Positions 15,064-31,130 of a stretch of DNA of 64,000 nt are shown in pieces. Position numbers and translations under genes: made by a program. The notes beneath the pieces were generated by a model. That model was not told the DNA's origin, ran no database searches, and was given only the letters and a program-made list of their open reading frames with translations. The first letter of the stretch is position 1. Each line of letters starts with the position of its first letter. The stretch is taken from NCBI RefSeq assembly GCF_009914755.1, contig NC_060926.1; one strand, written 5' to 3'. This DNA is from the human T2T-CHM13v2.0 reference genome, Homo sapiens.

Positions 15064-15623
15064 GAAATCCCTCTGGGAACCAGATATAACCTTACATATA
15101 GTAAATGTTTAAGTAATATTTTGTATCATTTGTTGTAATGAGATTCATTAGGACACAAATTTACATGTGGTAGAGATTAGACATGTTTTTCAAATTATGC
15201 ATACCAGGTATAACATGATTACTCTCTGTTTGGGGCTTTAGGTAGGTTTAGACAAAAGCCAAGTGCTGTGCAAGTGTGATTGAGACCTTAAACAATGTCT
15301 TCATCATTTCTACCTCTCCCAGATTACCAGACATAAGATCAGGTGCATGACACATACCAACTTCCTAATCTTAAATTTGGTGAATGAATGAAAGTATTAA
15401 CAAAGTATGCAGAGTTACCTTGCATATATATGCATATATGTTTTTTCTCAACCAACCTTTCGTCATTGCAATTGAGACATTACTTTTTCAGACATCTACT
15501 TTTAAGACATAATACGTTATACTATGTAGATAGCATAGAATATTGTGCAGGAATCTAGAAAAAACCATGTTTGATGACATACAACAGAATATTTCATGAC
15601 ATTGGAATATTTAATAATATTTA

Positions 15624-15919
<296 letters not shown>

Positions 15920-16012
15920 TTATTACAGTGAAAATATTTATGATATATAGCAAATACAAAATGCAAACTTTTGTATATTTGACCATTATGCATTTTAGTA
16001 AAGATAAGAAAG

Positions 16013-16220
16013 GTATTTTATTACTTATTTCTGTGTAACAAATCATTCCAAAACTAAGTGCCTTTAAACAACTGTAAGCATTTATTACCTCACATGATTT
16101 CTTTGGGCCAGAAATTCAGGAGAAGGTCAGATTAAGGAGTTTCATTTGTGAGGTTGCAGTCAGTTGTCACTTGGGACTAGAGTCTTCGGAAGACTCAATA
16201 GGGACTAGAGATTTACTTTT
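16013..16220 (-). mobile_element. MLT1 (MaLR) LTR, part 1
   Basis: tgtgtaacaaatcattccaaaactaagtg...catttattacctcac...gccagaaattcagg is antisense MLT1; continues at 19577. Confidence 0.75.
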
Positions 16221-16908
16221 CTTATCGTTATTTCCAGCCCCCAAGCTTTATTAAGATATTGACAAACTAAAATTGTATATATTTATGATGTAAAACATGA
16301 TGTTTTGATATATGTATACATTACAAAAAGATCAAATCACCTATTTAACATACTTATCACCTCATATACCAATCATTATTTTTGTGGTGAGAACATTTAA
16401 GATATATCCTCTTAGCAATTTTCAAGTATACAATACAATATTAACTGTAGTCATTATGCTGTACAACAGAACTTATACATCTTGTCAAACTGAAATTTTG
16501 TACCCTTTGATCAAAACCTCCTCATTCTCACCTCTTCCCAGCCCCTTGCAATCCTCATTCTACTCTCTGTTACTGAGTTCAACTTTTTTAGATTTCACAA
16601 AAAATGAGATCCTGCAGAACTTGTCTTTCTGTGTCTGGCTTATTTCACTTAGCATAATAGTCTCCAGGTTTATCCATGTTGTTGCAAATTACAGAATTTT
16701 CTTATTCTTTAAGGCTAAATAGCACTCCATTGTATATACCGCATTTTCTTTATCCATTCAACTGTCAATGGATGCTTAGGCTGATTCCACATCTTGGCTA
16801 TTATAAATAATGCCACAATGAACATGGAGTGTAGGTATCTCTTTGACATGCTGATTTCATTTTCTTTGGATAAATACTCAGAAGTGGGATTGCTGAAGTA
16901 TATGATAG

Positions 16909-17308
<400 letters not shown>

Positions 17309-19270
17309 GAGCATTTTTTCATATACCTATTGGCCATTTGTATTTCTTCTTTTGAGAAATACCTCTTCAGGTCCTTTATCCATTTTAAAATTTGAATTAT
17401 TTGTTTTATTGCTATTGAGTTGCTTTGAGTTCCTTACATATTTTGGATATTGGTCCCTTATCAGATATAATACATAGTTTTCAAATATTTTCTACCATCC
17501 CACAGGCTGTCTCTACAGTCTGTTGATTATTTGCTGTGCAGAAGCATTTTTGTCTGATGCAATCTCAACTCTCTGTGTTTACTTTTGTTGCCTGTGCTTT
17601 TGGAGTCATATCTAAGAAATCATTGCCGAGACCAATGACAAGAAGATATTCCCCTATCTTTTCTTGTAGTAGTTTTATAGTTTTCAGGTGTTAAGTTTAA
17701 GTTTTTAATCTATTTTGAGTTTAAGTTTTAATCTATTTTGAGTTCATTTTTGTATGTAACGTAAGGGTTCGATTTCATTTACTGCTGCTTTCAAAGTTTT
17801 TTCTTTGTCTTTTGAGAATTTGATTGTAATGTGTCTTGGTGAAGATCTCTGTATTTAATCTGCTTGGGGCTATTTGGGCTTCATAGATCTGGATGCTCAT
17901 TTGCCTCTCCAGATTTGGGAAGTTTCTTATCATTATTTCTTTACCTAAGCATTCTGCTCTTTTTTCTTTCTTTGCTACTTTTGTGAATCCCCTAATGTAT
18001 ATATTGGATTGCTTGATATTGTTTCATAAATCCTATAGGCTTTTTTCATTCTTACTTCTTCTTTGTTGTTGTTGTTGTTTCTCTGGCTGAATATTTCAAA
18101 TGATCTGTCTTTGAGCTCACTGATTCTTTTTTCTGCTTGATTGAGGCTACTGTTGAAGCTCTCTATGGAATTTTCAGTTCCATCACTATGTTCTTTAGAT
18201 CCAGAATTTCTGCCTTGTTCTTTTTTATGGTTTCTATACCCTCATCGAATCCCCTATTTTGCTTTCATATTGTTTTCATGATTTGATTTAGTTATCTGTA
18301 TTCTCTTATAGCTCACTGAGCTCTGTTAAGATGATTATTTTGAATTCTCTGACAGGCAGTTCATAGATCTCCATTTATTTAGGGTCAGTTACTTAATTTT
18401 GTTGTTTGGTGGTGGTGTTTCCCTTATTATTCACTATCTTTGTGGCTATATATTGATGTCTATGCATATGAAGAAGTAAGCACCTGTTCTACCTTTTACA
18501 TATTGGCTTTGGAAAGCTCTCACCAGTCTATCTAGAGATTCTGGGTGGGTTGTTTGGTGGAATCTGAGGGCAGACTTGCTCCTGTATTCTCAGGCAAGTT
18601 GCCTTGGTGCCTGAGTCAGCAGGCAGGAAGGCCTGGAGCTTGCATCTCCTGGGGTGGGCCTCGATTCTGGGTTCATGGGAGTGAATCTGGACCCTGTGTT
18701 TGCAGGGGCTGGCCTGAAGTCTAGGTTCATGGGGGCCATCCTGTCCATGAGATGGACCTTGAGCCTGAGTTCATAGAGGCCCACTTTGTTCTAGGATGGG
18801 CCTGGAGCCTGAGTCCACACAAGGGCTAGCCTGGTTACTGGGACTTGCCTAAAGCCTGTGTCTGCAGGGGTTGGCCTAGAGGTTGAGCTGCTGTGGCAGA
18901 CATGCCTCTGGGTGTAGAGCCTAGTGCTGTTGTATTGGTGTGGTGCTTGAATGGAGCTGCAGCCTGATGCTATAGAGGCCTGCTTGCAGCCTGGGGCCAT
19001 AGGGGCTGGCCCAGCATTAGGGTAGCCCTGGATGCCCTTATCCACAGGTGCTAGCCTAGAGCCTGGGATCATGAGGGCTGCTCTGGCACTGGATTTCACT
19101 GAAGTGGGCCCGATGCTGTGGTCCATAGCAAAGTAGGGTGTTCAGTTCACTCTCCTTCCCCCACAGGGAAGGTATCTTTCTCTGTGCTGTGCACCCCTTG
19201 GGGGAGGGATGATATCAGTAATATGACACTCTTTCTCGCCCTCTTCAATGTGCCTTTTCTTATTTCTGTA

Positions 19271-19457
19271 CTGGGGTAGGCATGGCAGTATTTGTGCCCC
19301 AAGGGCCAGAGACATCAAAATGGATTAAGAATATTTTAAAAAGCAATGAGTGTATTATAAAGATTTTGAGCTTCCAGCTGAAGACGGGCTTAACACACAC
19401 ATTATCTATCTTTGTTTCCTTTTGAAACCCCATTAAGATGAGATCAAAGGGTTTTTG
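19271..19457 (+). repeat. Dispersed duplicate of 20577-20763
   Basis: 187 bp with 4 mismatches by direct comparison. Confidence 0.97.
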
Positions 19458-19576
19458 ATCTCAACTGGGATTCTTTAGTTCTTGAGAAGGTACATTCATG
19501 CATGGATAGTTGTTCAAATTGGTGTTTCTGTAAGGGGATATGTGCTGGAAAATACTATTGCACCATCTTGCTGAGG

Positions 19577-19899
19577 TCTGCTTTTGAGGTGGCTCACTTA
19601 TATGGCTGGCATGTTGGTGCTGGCTGTTAGCTGAGACTTCAGTTCCTTTCTTCGTGGACTTCTCCATGGGTCTTATTGGATACCCTTATAAGGTGGCATC
19701 TGACTGGCTTCTTTCAGAGTGAGAGATTCAAGAAACCAAGATGAAAGATGCAAGGTTTTTTATGACCTTGCCTTGGAAGTCATACGTCATCACTTTTCAT
19801 GTATCCTATTGGTCACTCAGGGTCAGTCCTGATTCAGCATGAGCAAGGACTACATGAGGATATGTAAGGATCTTGGGAGGCCATCTGCAGATTATCACA
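19577..19899 (-). mobile_element. MLT1 (MaLR) LTR, part 2
   Basis: ggtggctcacttatatggctggcatgttggtgctggctgtt...gaccttgccttggaagtcatacgtcatcact...ggccatct..caca. Confidence 0.8.
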
Positions 19900-20051
19900 T
19901 GTATATGCCAAAATAATGTTATAAAAGATGTAATTAAAATTGATCTTATTTTTCTCCTTTGTACTTTTCTATACTTTAAAAGTTTTTTATGATAAACATA
20001 TATGATTTTTGAAATTACACACATACAAATCAATAAAAGTGGGGGTTTTTT

Positions 20052-20175
20052 TGGGTTAAACAAGAGAAATTTATTTTTCACTATCCTGGAGGCTGAAGCT
20101 CAAAATCAAGGTGTCAGCAGGTTTGGTTTCTCTTGAAGTTGTCTCTGTGGATTGAGATGGCTGTGTTTTTCACAG
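20052..20175 (-). mobile_element. MLT1A/B-type LTR fragment
   Basis: ttaaacaagagaaatttattttt...ctggaggctgaagctcaaaatcaaggtgtcagcaggtttggtttc. Confidence 0.7.
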
Positions 20176-20448
20176 TCATCTTCTTCTTTTAAGTAAAAGT
20201 TATTTTTTTAAAAGCCATACATAGTCCAGAGAGGAGTGAGTCAATTCTTGTTACTTTGATTTAACACTGATGTCAAGTTCAAGATCAAGGTGTCAGCAGG
20301 TTTGGTTTTTTTTGAAGTTGTCTCTGTGGATTGAAATGGCTGTATTTTCACTGTCTTCTTCTTCTACTTTTTAAGTAAAGTTATTTTTTAAAAAGCCATA
20401 CATAGTCCAGAGAGGAGTGAGTCAATTCCTGTTACTTTGATATGACAC
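20096..20448 (+). repeat. Tandem duplication, ~179-bp unit x2
   Basis: Units start at 20096 and 20275; roughly 90% identical by eye. Confidence 0.95.
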
Positions 20449-20576
20449 ATCAATGCATCTATACTTTTCTCTGTTTGATGTAACCCTGTAACTAAGGAAA
20501 GGAGAATTTTTATGGGAGGAGGGATGGTTTTAAATATAGAGCATAAGACTGGAAAGATGTGACCAAGGTAGAGGGT

Positions 20577-20763
20577 CTGGGGTAGGCATGGCAGTATTTG
20601 GGCCCCAAGGGCCAGAGACATCAAAATGGATTAAGAATATTATAAAAAGCAATGAGTGTATTATAAAGATTTTGAGCTTCCAGCTGAAGACGGGCTTAAC
20701 ACACACATTATCTACCTTTGTTTCCTTTTGAAACCCCATTAAGAAGAGATCAAAGGGTTTTTG
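20577..20763 (+). repeat. Probable donor copy of the 187-bp duplication
   Basis: Near-identical to 19271-19457. Confidence 0.95.
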
Positions 20764-23049
20764 CCCAAGTGGGAGATCACCCATCTCTCATCATAGCAGA
20801 AGGCTGGAAGTTTATTCTCTCAACAGGGTAAAATATAGGGTGTTTAGGCTGGGGGACCCTGGTCTCTGGACCAGGGCCACCTAAAGGCAGACATATTACA
20901 CTTGAAACTGGAATATTAACTGAAAAGTTCTCCCTCAGAAAATATAACTGCTAATAGGTTGTAAGTTTTATACCTTGTATATTTGCCACAGAAAAAGGAT
21001 TTTCTGGTTCTATGTCCTAAAAATTTGGGGAAGGGAGTCATTTGATTAGGGAATCATCCACCTCAATCACATGCTTATTCCTGGAATACTCAAATGTGGC
21101 CAAAAAAAGAGAGGGATCATGATTGGCTCAGTTTGAGTTACATGCTCATCTGGGCCAAGGTAGCGGGGGCATAAGGGGTGGTTGAATGTGGTGATGGAGG
21201 AGAGTGGGAATGTCAGGAAAACAGTGTCATAGATGTCAACTATAGCTTCTCACCCTCTTCTATAGGAGATGATGTCATGTAGGCAAAGATCCATGAAAGC
21301 TTAAAACAGTCTTATGGATGTAAGAAAAAAGTCCACTTTACCATATATTATGGTTTTTCAAAGAAGATTTTTCTATATTATTTCAATTCTTCTTAAGAAA
21401 TTCATGAAACAAATATTGCCATTCTCATCTTGTTGCTTGATCATTGAGGTGAACTCATAGTAGTAATGTTCTGGACTCAGTTACTGTCCCTTGAGTGGAT
21501 TAAGTCAGGGATGTATAAGAAGCCACATCTTTTGATTCTTAGTCCTGTGCAATTTTTATTTTATCATCCCAGTGATCAGGATGGGATCACAAATTTGTAG
21601 ATAACTGGGCTGGGAATGATATCTGGAGAGATGCTGCTTACAGGCAATGAACTTCATTAATGTCCATAGTTTCCTAGTATCTCACCTACAATTCCCTCAA
21701 CATCAGTCCCAACACGTGTAAAATCGATGGAGACTGGGAAAGTGCTGCCAAAGGCAGACCGCCCGAGGAGCCATGTGGCCTACTTTTGGAATAAGACTGA
21801 AGGATTAACTTCTGGGAAGGACTTTCCATCTGTTTTCCCGATAAGATTGATTAAAACCATCTAACCAAGTTTTGCAGACTCTATGAAAGAACGAATGAAT
21901 TGTATCGTCTGGCCTGGTTTAGTTCAAATTCCTTAAAGGAGTTCTAGCTCCACTATTCAGGAAAGGAATCTTCACCATGACACCTCCTGGGGGGAGGAAG
22001 AGCAGCTAGGAGGTCCCAGAGGTTTGCCCCACCCTGCCCCGAGTGTCTCATTTTAGGTAGCAAGTGATACATCATTTTCAATAAACCAGCTGGATATCAG
22101 TTAGACAATTTCACGTGCATTTAATTTACCCTTCTGCTGAAATTATGGCATGGAAACATTATTTTTCTTTGCCAGTTCTCTTTGTCCCCTTTCCATTTCT
22201 CCCACCCTCTCCTCTTCCCACCGAAGTTACTTTCCTTTGTTATTTTTGGTATAAAGAATTTTCCTTCAATTAATTTCAAGCCTTCAGAAAAGCAGTTAAA
22301 AGAAGTTGAGTTGGGGAGAGGTATTTGATCCTCTTACTACACACATATAGCCCTACACCTGTGGAATTGAACTGAGTAAAAATGGATCTGTCTTTTCGTT
22401 TGTTATTTAATGATAGTCTTTACATTTTAATGGTGAGTTTAGACCATCTACACTGTGATTATTGAGATATTAATGTTATTTTTAATTTTCGATTTATCAT
22501 TCTTTCTTTCCTGACTTCTTTTGGATATTTCAAATTTTCTTTATTCCAATTTTTCCCCTCAATTGCTTACATAATCCATATCTTTTGTTTTAGTGGTGGT
22601 ACTTGCAACTTTAAAATACATACTTGATTTAACAAAGTCTAATATTAATATATTCAGTCTTCTGAATAGCATAAAGACCTTAGGAACTTTAAATTCTGAT
22701 CTCAGTCTTCCATCTTATTCCTGTTGAAAATTTTAGTTCCACTCTGTTTTAAACAAGTTTGTTAAGGTATAATTGACATATGATAATCCACACATATTTA
22801 AAGTACACAGTTTGAGGTCTTGACATATTTATATACCCATGAGAGAATCACCACAATTTTTAAAAAATTCATTTTTCTAAAAATAATTAATCCAATTCAC
22901 ACACAGGCATAACTGGTTGCATGTTACCAAGGTCTGCTAGTTTTTTGTAAACTTGTTTTACTTAAAGAGTTCTGTAGCTTCTACACAAAAGTAACTATGA
23001 TAATCACCATTCGTCAAAGTCTACCAGGCATTGTGCTAAGTGCTTTCTA

Positions 23050-23316
23050 TTTTTTTTTTTTTTTTTTGAGATGGAGTCTGGCTCTGTCACCTAGGCTGAA
23101 GTGCAGTGGCCTATCTTAGCTCACTGCAGCCTCTGCCTCCCAGGTTCAAGTGATTCTTGTGCCTCAGCCTCCCAAGTAGCTGAGATTACAGGTGTGGATA
23201 GAGATGGGGTTTCCTTATGTTGACCAGGCTGGTCTCAAACTCCTGGCCTCAAGTGTTCCACCCGCTTCAGCCTCCCAAAGTACTGGGGTTACAGGTGCGA
23301 GCCGCCATGCCGGACC
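23050..23316 (-). mobile_element. Alu with central linker deleted
   Basis: caggtgtg is joined to gatagagatgggg; TSD gctaagtgctttct. Confidence 0.94.
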
Positions 23317-25194
23317 GCTAAGTGCTTTCTTCACGCTAATTATTTCCCATTGTTTTCTTCATTGTTTTAAATTTTTAATTATAGACATAATCCAAGTTTG
23401 TTATAAATGAATATACTCAACTAAAATTAGTCATATTTTTTTAAAAAAACCTGGAACCCTCTTTTTTTCTTCAAAGTGGATATATGTTTATGGTTTGTTG
23501 TCACTGCAGATATTTTATGTGCATTTGAAAACATGCTTTATTGTAATAAAAATGGGGCTAAATGCATAGTGTTTTTTTCAGCCCACTTTTTAAACTTACT
23601 GCATCAAGACCATCTTTCCATTACATCTTTTTCATGGCTACATGATGTATACAGCTTTGAATGAATGCATTAAGATTGTTTGGATGAATCGCCTCTTTTT
23701 TTTAGGTTCCTTCCTTCCTTTTTTTTTGATATTACAAATGTCACGTCATTTTTATAAGATAAAATCCTGATGCGGAATGCATTATTTGCAACCCTCACTG
23801 CCACCCTTTGAGTTGTGTATTATCATTTCCCTTTCACAAATGAGGAATTTTATTCTTAAAGGCTTAAGTGACTTACTTGGCTCTTACGTGACTGATTGGG
23901 GAACGAGAATCCTGGTTTCCTGTTCCTGGTGGGCAGCGTTCTTAACCCTCACCACACTACCTCTCCTACTACTTCAGAAAATGGTTAAAAAAAGTTTTAA
24001 AGTATATTTATAGTGAAATTGTCAGGAGGATTACTGAGAATTTTCAGCAAATAGTCACCTATGGAATTAGAATGCAGAGGACATATTTCAGGCAATTTAT
24101 ATTTTCACCTGGCCCTTCAACTGAGGACTCTGACGTGAGTGCTGAGGAGCTATTTATAGCAGGTGACTTTTGCGCACCCTGGGGAGGTTGTGAAATAGCT
24201 GTCTATCACAGGCAGCTAGGAACTGCTTGCCCACTTTTTTTTGTTCTGAAAGAAAGGATACAGACCATCTGGGCCAGTAAGTTGGGTCCAAAATCGGACT
24301 TATGTTTATTTTACTTAATAAATGTGTTCTTGAATCGTATGAGTTGAATTTTGGTTGGTTGAATGCCATTTTTAGTGCACCAGGGGTGCACACATTTCTT
24401 GTAATCCTTTAATGAGTAGCTTTCTAAAACAAAGAATGCTTTGGCAATGTGAATAATTTTCCTTTAATTTATATTGAATATAATTTATGATTTTTTTTCT
24501 GTGCAGCAGGGAAACTTGTGCTCAGTTGTTTGTGTTTTAGAGCGTGTTGGCTGGTGTAGCCATATCAGTTAACAGTAACATGGAATATATATGCTATTAA
24601 AAATATAGACAGATATATTGCAACCTCTCACTACAAAGCCCCAGATCAAACTCTGTGGTGAAGCCGTGTAATTCAGAAGAGGTGGGTATAGGTAAAATTC
24701 CATACCAGGAGGAGTATAGCTGTAGACACTGGGTGCCCCTTGTCCCTGTTTAGATAGTGGACCCTATTCCTGCCTCAGATGGTATGTGGAAGAGCGGGCT
24801 CTTCAATTACCAAGGCCACAGTGCAGAAAATAGGGTAGAAACAAGTGAGAAGGTAACTGACCCTTTTTCCAGCAGCACCATTGCATGCTGTGAAAGTATA
24901 ATAAAGTATTTTTAGTCCAACCTTAACATTTTTGTCCTTAATAGCACATCAGTTCACATTTGCTCATTAAAATAAATTGTTTTTACCCACTCGGCAGTTG
25001 ATTCCATGGCCTCAGTGATCTTTAGAGTTGATCGAAATTGTGGTATGTGCAGATAATAAGGACTAACTGGGGGCAAATAGACTCTAACTTTTAACTTTGA
25101 CAAATTTTAATCAGTTAGATTTAAGATATATTTTTTAAAAAATTATGATTCTACATGAAAAAATCTAACATTTTTAACATAAATGATTTCATAA

Positions 25195-25579
<385 letters not shown>

Positions 25580-25650
25580 AAGACTTTTTAAGTCTATAAC
25601 TTTGCATTGCTTTTAGTTCATTTTTGGAAAAATAACTGGAAATATAGAGC

Positions 25651-26143
25651 ATTAAAGGTAAACAAAGCCAAACACTAATTAAAGTGGTAAGGACAGATTT
25701 TAATCAGTTTTAACTATTATAATAGGGAAAACAGTCTAGTGTGAACTGAGCTCAACTTTGATTTGTACAGAAGTGACTGGGCATTTTTAAGGGAGAATAA
25801 GGGAGTGGTGAGGGGACAAGGAGGGCTTCAGTAGAGTCAGGAAAGTGAAAAATTACAAAGGGTTGATCAGTATAAATGCAATGAAGCCAGCTGTGTCTGC
25901 TCGCTGAAAGTTGCTGAAGTTAGGATTCTGTCTTTCCAGAGAGACTGGGGGACAGAGGCCTTATCCTCTGGTGTTGACTGGAACAAGCAATAAATTTTTT
26001 TGGCAGCCTTGAGTTCTCTCCAGTTCTCTCTAAACTCCATATTAGAATTTGTTCAAGCCTCTATAGGACAGGATTGAGGCCTAGTTGAGAAGAGAGCTCA
26101 GAGGAGCCTGGCTAGAGTTCGGTCAAGGAAAGAATGTTTGTCA
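25651..26143 (-). mobile_element. MER31-family solo LTR (ERV1)
   Basis: Revcomp start TGACAAACATTCTTTCCTTGACCGAACTCTAGCCAGGCTCCTCTGAGCTCTCTTCTCAACTAGGCCTC matches MER31; left boundary approximate. Confidence 0.75.
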
Positions 26144-26159
26144 ATTGTAAATGAATAAC

Positions 26160-26960
<801 letters not shown>

Positions 26961-27423
26961 AGATTTAAGTATCTTATAACATAAATCACACACACAGGAG
27001 TCCTGCTCATCTTATTTTATAAAAGGAAACAAGACTATGTGATAATGTGAGTATTCTGGCCATTAGTTTGTAAGTCTAAAAGGATTTACAGGAATTCAAA
27101 TACCTATCAAACTTCACTGCTTAGGTTGATAGTTTTCAAGTGTTGCAATCCATGCTCCTCTGCATTGATTTCTCACTGCCACGCGTTTATTTCCATCAAC
27201 CAAGAAGATTTATTGAGCTTTATACCACTGATGGTCTGTATTAAGGAATCAACACCCATCCCTCACTTCCAATCCCTTGCCTCTCAATTTGAGAAGTTTT
27301 ACCCCAACCTAAACTTATCTATTACTTTTTATTCATGAGACTGGCAATCACAAAGATGAGCTTTGAGAAGACTCCTTTTTTAAATTAAAACGTTAGGGAA
27401 AACTGGAAATTTCTCTACCACTA

Positions 27424-27723
<300 letters not shown>

Positions 27724-28511
27724 CCTGCCACTTTTTAAAATGTGTTTCTGAAAGTGCTTTCTTAGTTTATGCCTTATGATCTACAAATAAGAAATCTTCT
27801 AGCAATAATGTTAGATCCTCATTCCTCAGCAGATTCTTACTCTGCTATGGATTCCCAGGAAGCCATAAGAATATTTTATCCAAAAGTTTTCTACACACAA
27901 AGTTATAAGTAATACCGAGACTACAGTCAAAAGATTGAGCAAATACAGTGTAAGTAAATCATGGTGCTATTTAAGAAATGTATGACAAAGGGAGTGATAC
28001 TTCAGAAAAGGCGTGGAATAATGGAAATGAGGTTAAAAGCCCAGGCCTCACGAGGTTATAACCAAGAGGCTGTGATGGTTGAATTAAAACTTGAGCAAGG
28101 GGTTTGGCACTAAGGCTGGAAAACAGGACTTGCAGTTAGCTAGCTGGGTTTGGATAACCTGGTAATTAAAGTGAAGAGCAAAAGCGATTAACTGGAACAT
28201 TGACATTGTTTAGAATTATGTACAATGTTGAGCAGATGGATTTGGTATCAAATTAACATGGCTATTTTATAATTACAGCCATGATGTAAAAATTCATTCA
28301 TTTGGAAAGAGGAAAAAAAAACAAATGAAGAAAGAAAGTGAGCATCATTCTCCAGCCAGTGCTAGTGGGCTGCCATGTGAACCCAGAACAGCTTAGTGGA
28401 CTCAAAAGGAGGCCTGTGTTGATTGTTGATTTAGAGTGAGGCTGTGATGCAAAGATGAGAAGAGGCAGAAGAAGCCTAGAGTTTGCATTTGAGAACAAGA
28501 GGATGTAGAGG

Positions 28512-28827
<316 letters not shown>

Positions 28828-29659
28828 TAGAGTTTCTAACTGCACTTTTCCTGTGATTCTCACGAAGATCAAATTGCGCCCCCACCTCATGCATTAAGCT
28901 ATCACACATTTCAAGAAAAAGAATTTAAATATTTACTTTGTGTCATTTATCCCTGAATCAGCTTTGTAGTTCTGCTTTGAAATAGCAAACTATACTAATG
29001 CGTGAATAGAAAGGAAATCATAATTCTGAAAATTCTCCTTATAGTATTCTCTGCACACTAAAATGATTCTCAGAAAAAATGCAGAGGTTGCCTCAGGATT
29101 TTTATTTATTTATTTATTTTACTATAAGAAACTCTTTTCAAGAATGAAAAGAATCCTAGAATCAACAGTGGCATTTCAGAAGATCTAGATTCAGATTAAC
29201 TTTACCATTCATCTGCGTTTATAGGAGTGAGAGCCTCAAAAATGAATGAAACTTGCTGTCAAATCAAATAGTTTTGGAATAAAAATAATTGGGGGAGAAA
29301 GCTGTATGTAAGTAATTATGCTAAACAAGGTGTTTTGTGGCATGAACGCTAAATTTTCCTTCTCAGGTTTTACTGAATCCAGCTTCAGCTAGAAATCTAG
29401 GCTAGTTTATAGAAGATGATTAGATGGACAGAGAATGTTAAGAGAGAAACACTGCCATAAAGGTAAATTCAAGTGAATTATAATAAGTAAATGCATTTAT
29501 GCTAAAGCTAGTATGTTTTAAAAAGTGAATGAAGTTTAATAAAAAGAAAGAAAAGAGAAGAGATAAAAGACAGGGAAAAGAAAGAGAACTGAAAGGGGAA
29601 GATGATTGTTAATCTGGACCAATTTGTCTGGAAATTTGGGAGTTTCTCCAGGATGCTGA

Positions 29660-30043
<384 letters not shown>

Positions 30044-30221
30044 CTTTCATTCTTTTTATTTGTACATGTGCATACCTCATTTTACCATGCTGTGCTCTAT
30101 TACACTTCACAGATACTATGTTTTTTTACAAATTGAAAGTTTAAGGCAACCCTGCATCAAGCAAGTCTACTAGGACCATTTTTCCATTAGCATGTGTTCA
30201 CTTCATTTCTCATTTTAGTAA

Positions 30222-30569
<348 letters not shown>

Positions 30570-30621
30570 TTAAATTATTATTATATTTTATATCTATTTT
30601 GGTGATCTGTGATCAGTGATC

Positions 30622-30920
30622 TTTTTTTAAAAAAAAAAAAAAAGATAGGGTCTTGCTCTGTCGCCCAGGCTGGAGTGCAGTGGCCAATCACAGCTCACTG
30701 CAGCCTTGACTTCCCCTGCTCAAGTGGTCCTCCCACCTTAGCTACCCGAATAGCTGGGATTACAGGCACATGCCGCCACACCAAGCTGATTTCTTTTCTT
30801 ACATTTTGAAGAGATGGGGTTTCACTATGTTGCCCAGGTTAGTCTCAAACTCTTGGGCCCCAGCAATTGTCCTACCTAGGCCTCTGCAAGTATTAAATGT
30901 GTGAGCCACCATACCCAGCC
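30622..30920 (-). mobile_element. Alu (AluJ) in Tigger1
   Basis: TSD tgtgatcagtgatcttt / tgtgatctgtgatcttt. Confidence 0.93.
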
Positions 30921-31130
30921 TGTGATCTGTGATCTTTGATGTTACTATTGTAAGTGTTTTGGGGCATTCCAAAGCACACCCATATTGGCTGGCAAACTTA
31001 ATCAATAAATGCTATGCATATTCTGACTGCTCTACAAACTGGCCATTTCCCCACCTCTCTTCCTCTCCTCAGGCCTTCCTATTCCCTGAGACACAACAGT
31101 ATTAAAATTAGGCCAGTTAATAATCTTAAA

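Noticed and set aside
17690-17745. Small ~23-bp tandem duplication in the L1
   Set aside because: Ordinary slippage event
18600-19125. Periodic GC-rich units as a CRISPR-like array
   Set aside because: Eukaryotic context, degenerate units with no unique spacers, located within an L1 5'UTR
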